This document shows, one piece after another, positions 61,101 to 64,000 of a stretch of DNA of 64,000 nt. How positions within the stretch are numbered: the stretch's first letter is position 1; each line of letters begins with the position of its first letter. This stretch comes from Monocercomonoides exilis PA203 (taxonomy: Eukaryota > Protista > Preaxostyla). The stretch is from the NCBI GenBank assembly GCA_001643675.2, contig LSRY02000052.1:124001-188000 (forward strand). Direction: 5' to 3'. The position numbers and the translations under genes are program-made. The notes beneath the pieces were generated by a model. The model saw only the letters and a program-made list of their open reading frames with translations, had not been told where the DNA came from and searched no databases.

Positions 61101-61602
61101 TTTCATTCTCACCAGCTTTATAATTGAACGCATGATCTTCGTAAAGATTCTTGGGGCATCCTTCATTCCAAATGGAAGGCATCGAAACGCTATTGTTTCT
61201 TGATGAAATTTGAAAACCAAAAACGGGATGAAATCTTCGCGAACAGGGATTAAGAAATATGCTTGAGAGAGATCCAATGAGGTTGCAAAATCTCCCTTTT
61301 CCATCAACTTTTCCACAGTTCTGTGATCCTCCAGCTTGAACTTGATTGATTTCAGGGCTTTGTTCAGAGGTCTGCAGTCCAATATTTGTCTCCATTTCCC
61401 GTTCTTCTTCTTTACGAAAAACAGTTTGCTGAGGCATTTTGCATCTTCGAACTTGATCCTCTTCAATATCCCACAATCCAGTGCTTCCGCTATCCACTTC
61501 TCGCACTCCCTCTCCTGCTCCTGGGATCCAATGAAACCATGTCCTGCTTTGACTTCCTTTTTCAGCTTGTCCCGTGCCTCTCTGCTTCTCCAAACAGGAC
61601 AA
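58195..61602 (-). CDS. DIRS tyrosine recombinase ORF (recombinase domain from ~59780; upstream ~600 codons overlap pol)
   Basis: STWTTY, RSAVS, PYEEIWDPRVLFNYL, LTLKSITLCMLFTACRFSEL, LKT, CPVRAI, PYTIKHAA, ARLS and NSYF, followed by a Q/P-rich tail. The ORF opens at TTG. Confidence 0.9.
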   Translation of the reverse strand: MSCLEKQRGTGQAEKGSQSRTWFHWIPGAGEGVREVDSGSTGLWDIEEDQVRRCKMPQQTVFRKEEEREMETNIGLQTSEQSPEINQVQAGGSQNCGKVDGKGRFCNLIGSLSSIFLNPCSRRFHPVFGFQISSRNNSVSMPSIWNEGCPKNLYEDHAFNYKAGENEMESSLHLLSGRCPLSSQGQTEAGANNKGGYGLVLPTWSDGQQGEKRTSGKAKIQLSGMEMGFDSVDSGSERRENCLHCSEVLHGTDKHNKEASNLSQKICFNCGANKRFQICPHRRIITHDKPLSMPNEECQHQWMERTMSTSFWNHSRIDILDKRSQEEKTKNASILWLPSGDDYNRCLAMGMRRKCKDIRTTQEDFSRPFEQSCSKPNVKLQGITCSQDCASKVFSGYRKTVGKEGVDTLGQHIGSLQHKQMGSRKESATSIERDQETCGESGNPGQSSSYCRKKKCGGRCPVKTRAVGRLRNQKSGSSDGTQLPQDQTDSGCVCKCKEQKASTVVRARQQIMSGRSELSVEGRGGSCPSANSTDPSDDEESVEGESEDDSSDTGLDESDLEPDPSTVEKTIHEMEMFTNDITTRAGSEGERSSASSGRLPGNKLSLVKKAGEQWFEQGLRKLNVPDSMIIHIKNSVATSTWTTYTFGFAHFANAWIKGNMGELPSDPVIWVRKCLDTFICLDNEGFPPQCLKQTRSAVSLFTRSAFSFDLGTVPIIKTFFRSIMRKEKKRAPYEEIWDPRVLFNYLRTLWPNETLSVYSLTLKSITLCMLFTACRFSELASISMNDSIISENAIHLSVQLKTRLARSFITVPKLKEIQSDVCPVRAILELWNQIKVLYPGRDTFIINTRTGSRMSKDGIRKLAKEAMKQAGINPSFRPYTIKHAALSALLAAGVPEVMVAHFARLSPTAHTPTNSYFKTNTAQAMAQVLTEHQPFPQTGSQIQPWSAQITQGSSFANIQAPNQSAINVFPVQQDMALSPQPHPSQLYQQQPQTFNFQPSSQYFQSQQPSNSMGLSLAQPQTFNSPQLSLQANCTIPTQQLPSLTEQSIDMDIEESQSSQTVGEEKDINKENEEVKEVEDKLHNKENICKDQEEDSKRSCSHSTVKKSRNICTRTERVVTRAYAILMEQETQNVPN

Positions 61603-61709
61603 GCTCCCTTCTCTATAATTCTCCGGGCCCCTATTTCGGACCAGTTCTTGAGAAAGAGTCTTGTTCTTCCTCCAACTTTCTTCGAGGATCCCATTTGTTG
61701 GAGCTCCAA
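59784..61709 (-). CDS. DIRS pol: reverse transcriptase - RNase H - N6-adenine methyltransferase-like domain
   Basis: WRQILDCRPLN, LDLSQAYF, LPFG, YLDD and FLG (RT); TTDAS, RELLAV, RSDN and ADALSR (RNase H); LDAFAS..N.K...AHPP...IPDW..QIW (MT). The first ATG is at 61694. Confidence 0.95.
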   Translation of the reverse strand: MELQQMGSSKKVGGRTRLFLKNWSEIGARRIIEKGACPVWRSREARDKLKKEVKAGHGFIGSQEQERECEKWIAEALDCGILKRIKFEDAKCLSKLFFVKKKNGKWRQILDCRPLNKALKSIKFKLEDHRTVEKLMEKGDFATSLDLSQAYFLIPVREDFIPFLVFKFHQETIAFRCLPFGMKDAPRIFTKIMRSIIKLVRMKWKVRCISYLDDVLFLHKDKQKLEQITKEVMDWFSQLGLMVNKEKSELQAKQRFNFLGWKWDSIQSTVALNEERIASIVQKCYMVLINTIKRRPISVRRFASIVGQISASRFVHTDASLHMTNLYQCLMKNVNINGWNGLCRLHFGIIPELTFWISEVRKRKQRTLQSFGSPQVTITTDASPWACGGSVKISGQLKKIFHVPLNRVAQNQTSNFRELLAVKIALARFSQDIAKLSERKVLIRSDNTSVVYNINRWGAGKNLRPLLKEIRKLVESQGIQVKAVHIAGKRNVEADALSRLEQSGDYEIKNQALQMALNYLRIKPTLDAFASAKNRKLQRWCGPGSRLCQDGLSYPWKGEVVLAHPPIPLILQTMRKALKERAKMILLIPDWTNQIWSQTLQLWKRRFMRWRCSRMILLPGQGLKARGAALPPGGYLAISFP

Positions 61710-62683
61710 GTTCTGCTGGTTCTCTGGGAGCTTCTGCTGCTGTTTGAACTGAATTTTCTTCTTGTAAATGGGATCCTTCTTGTCCGAAAAAACTGGTTTT
61801 TAAGTGAGAATGTATTTGTGTACGGTCTGATCCATCCCTGCGATCGAGGAAGCAATTTTTGTTTCGGCTCAGCGATCTTCAACGTTTCAAGTTGCCTCTT
61901 GGAAAGCAATTGGTCTCCATCTTCTTCTTTCAATGTCCTTGCGGCTCTGAATCCATAAACTGCTTGGATCCTTTGTGTTCTCGCTTCCTGGAGTGCTTTA
62001 ACCATCATTAAGAAAGAATCAGCCAAAACTGCACTTGGGTCCAATCCCTTATCTACCATATCTTTTCCAATAATAAGCGCTTTTATTGCCGATATCAATT
62101 TTTCTTCGATTTTGAATCCATTTTGTTCTAGAGCGTCGTAGCACCAATTTGATGTTCTTTGAATTGGGTGGATAGCCTCTGGAATAAACGGAGGTGCTGA
62201 GAAATTCGAGTAAATTGTGGGATTTGAGCCTGCTTGTTCAGGAAAATGCATTTCGAATATTGAATCCTTTGTTTTATCTCCGAAAAGCGAGAAACAAATG
62301 TATTTGAAGTTCGGTTGATAATTGTCTTTCTCCATCAGGTGTTCTTGCGAAGTGTCTATCGTTTGAAGAATATTCTGCTGCTGCGTCGTTTGCGGAGAAT
62401 TGATTGGGTGTTGCTCAAGTGTTGTTGGACCTGGAAATATTTGGGGCTGAGAAGAGCTTGAAGATTGTTGGAAGGGTGGATGGAGCAAGTTTGTAACATT
62501 GTGATCTTCACGGCTTGATGTGTTTTCAAGGCCCATTGCAATATTTTGTGTCGGAATAGTAGCGGATGATGAGGAAAATATGCTGGAGGTGGATTGCGTA
62601 AATCCCACGCTGCTCGGAGGTCCGCTGATATCCTGAGATAAGGAATTCAGACTCGACTCGAGTCCAGGCTGAAGCACGCTCAT
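61631..62683 (-). CDS. DIRS ORF1 (gag-like)
   Basis: 350-aa ORF starting 12 nt inside the 5' ITR boundary, with an S/Q/P-rich N-terminus, a helical core and a basic C-terminus. Assigned by position. Confidence 0.8.
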   Translation of the reverse strand: MSVLQPGLESSLNSLSQDISGPPSSVGFTQSTSSIFSSSSATIPTQNIAMGLENTSSREDHNVTNLLHPPFQQSSSSSQPQIFPGPTTLEQHPINSPQTTQQQNILQTIDTSQEHLMEKDNYQPNFKYICFSLFGDKTKDSIFEMHFPEQAGSNPTIYSNFSAPPFIPEAIHPIQRTSNWCYDALEQNGFKIEEKLISAIKALIIGKDMVDKGLDPSAVLADSFLMMVKALQEARTQRIQAVYGFRAARTLKEEDGDQLLSKRQLETLKIAEPKQKLLPRSQGWIRPYTNTFSLKNQFFRTRRIPFTRRKFSSNSSRSSQRTSRTWSSNKWDPRRKLEEEQDSFSRTGPK

Positions 62684-62694
62684 TGTTTATTATT

Positions 62695-62795
62695 ATTGAT
62701 CGGCTGAGCCCATAAAACGGAGCTCTATCCCAAATAGAAAGAGGAGTTGTATTTTCATTAGTTCTCGAGAATTAAGAAGCTAATGCTTTTTAATT
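62695..62795. repeat. DIRS 5' inverted terminal repeat with unique outer extension
   Basis: Reverse complement of the 3' ITR plus about 28 nt that are otherwise found only in the ICR. Confidence 0.95.
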
Positions 62796-63074
62796 GTGAT
62801 TAAAAAATAAAAACATTTATTGTTAAATTGAAATGTTATTTTATTATCGCTTCTATGTCGAACAAAAATTGATATTTTTTTTGATTGTCTGCATTTAATG
62901 AATTTTCCGGTTTCTATGCATAAAAAATCACAAGTTAACAAATATTACACCAAGAAATTCATCTAAGTTAATGTTTATCAGCTTTTCAACTGCGTAATAA
63001 AGAAATGATTAATAATATTTTATTGATTCTTATCAGAATTTAACAAATTTTAACCAATCTTTCATCCCTTCTAG

Positions 63075-63141
63075 CTCTTTCTCTCTCTTTCTTTCTCTTT
63101 CTTTCTTTCTTTCTTTCTTTCTCTCTCTCTCTCTCTCTCTC
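63075..63141. repeat. (CT)n/(CTTT)n polypyrimidine microsatellite
   Basis: Directly visible. Confidence 0.9.
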
Positions 63142-63611
63142 ATATTTTTTTGAAGGCCTTTTTAACATGTTCTTTCTTTTTTATCAAATTACTATTTTCT
63201 TCGTTTTGTATGTGGAATGTAAGTGTCGAGATTGAGCGGAAGGATTCTCTTTAATCGAAATTCATGCACCAAATGTATGTAAATGAAACCACTTCAACAT
63301 ATAACATCTTCAAATAACAAAATGATTCAGAATTATTTTTGAATATCTTTTCTGAAAATTCTATGTTTTGTTTCAAATCATTTTTCCTTTCTGAGGCTAA
63401 CTCGCAAAAAAGTTTCTGATCAAGATAATTAGGATTAATTTATTTAAAAAATATATTTTACATTTAACATCAAAGACACTCCGCATAATTAACGATATTC
63501 AAATTAACTACGTTCACTGCTATTTAAAAAATGTTCAAATCCATCACAATCTTGTTTTGGATGGGTTTCATATTGAAAATTATGATGTGATTTATATTAA
63601 CGAGAATTTAT

Positions 63612-63899
63612 CTACTTGCGTGCAGGTTTGTTTTGAGAAGGTTTTTTTTGTGCAGGCTTTGCTGTACGCTGTGCGTTATTTTTTGATGGAGCTGCTCCCT
63701 TCTTGCGTCTTAAATCAGTTACAGGCAAAGTGCGTACGACACCTGGAATGCGTCCCATTCCAATTTGGTGCAACATGTTCATGGTTGTCTTGTCGACTTC
63801 AATGCCTTCGGTTTTAACCTCAGATACTTCTGGGCAATAGTTATCACGTTTTTCACGTTCCTCTTCCTGCATTTTCAATGAGATGCCATGAACTGGACC
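63612..63899 (-). CDS. RPS17: 40S ribosomal protein S17, last exon (gene continues beyond the window)
   Basis: TTTTAG|GGPVHGISLKMQEEEREKRDNYCPEVS...IEVDKTTMNML matches the eS17 C-terminal signature. Confidence 0.93.
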   Translation of the reverse strand, partial: GPVHGISLKMQEEEREKRDNYCPEVSEVKTEGIEVDKTTMNMLHQIGMGRIPGVVRTLPVTDLRRKKGAAPSKNNAQRTAKPAQKKPSQNKPARK

Positions 63900-64000
63900 C
63901 TAAAACAATAATTATTTAAAAAACAAGTAATATACAAAATGATATGGAAAAAACGAACATTTGAAGTTGTAATTTATATTTAAGATGTTCAATCAAAGAC

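Larger units (their letters stand above)
57801..62795 (-). mobile_element. Full-length DIRS1-type tyrosine-recombinase retrotransposon
   Basis: Inverted terminal repeats at 57801-57879 and 62695-62795, an internal complementary region at 58088-58191, NTT termini, no TSD, and three uninterrupted overlapping ORFs. Confidence 0.95.

Noticed and set aside
61336-61958. Antisense ORFs (138 and 190 aa) in the DIRS element
   Set aside because: No motifs, and they are expected by-products of multi-frame constraint.
1-64000. tRNA, rRNA, spliceosomal snRNA or CRISPR arrays
   Set aside because: None were recognisable by eye. tRNAscan-SE and Infernal would be needed to exclude divergent ones.

Overview
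AT-rich, intron-rich eukaryotic DNA read in the standard genetic code. The short GT-AG introns, poly-Ser/Glu tracts, giant beta-helix receptor pseudokinase and ADP-forming acetyl-CoA synthetase point to an anaerobic flagellate, most likely the oxymonad Monocercomonoides (inference). Host genes: a TRF-like telobox Myb protein, a PDI, NPHP4, KAP3/KIFAP3, a membrane protein, a coiled-coil RING protein, a 2.5-kaa receptor pseudokinase, proteasome beta-2, a hypothetical protein, an ARP6 pseudogene, a hidden 50-aa SMIM30-like microprotein, a short CEP135/Bld10-like protein, a beta-alpha ADP-forming acetyl-CoA synthetase, a possible divergent Scc3/STAG-like protein and the last exon of RPS17. Mobile DNA: a Merlin/IS1595-type relic, a TIR-complete pogo-type (DD35D) element plus a decayed relative, two ~255-267-bp MITE families (GRG...CYC ends, 4-bp A-N-W-T TSDs, Sola-like) that nest at the same internal offset, and a structurally intact DIRS1-type retrotransposon (ITRs, ICR, gag, RT-RNaseH-MTase, tyrosine recombinase). 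The most notable signals are in the DIRS element (a candidate -1 frameshift signal at gag/pol and a YxxK in place of HxxR in the recombinase) and the MITE nesting. All homology calls are by eye from remembered motifs, and all exon boundaries are inferred.
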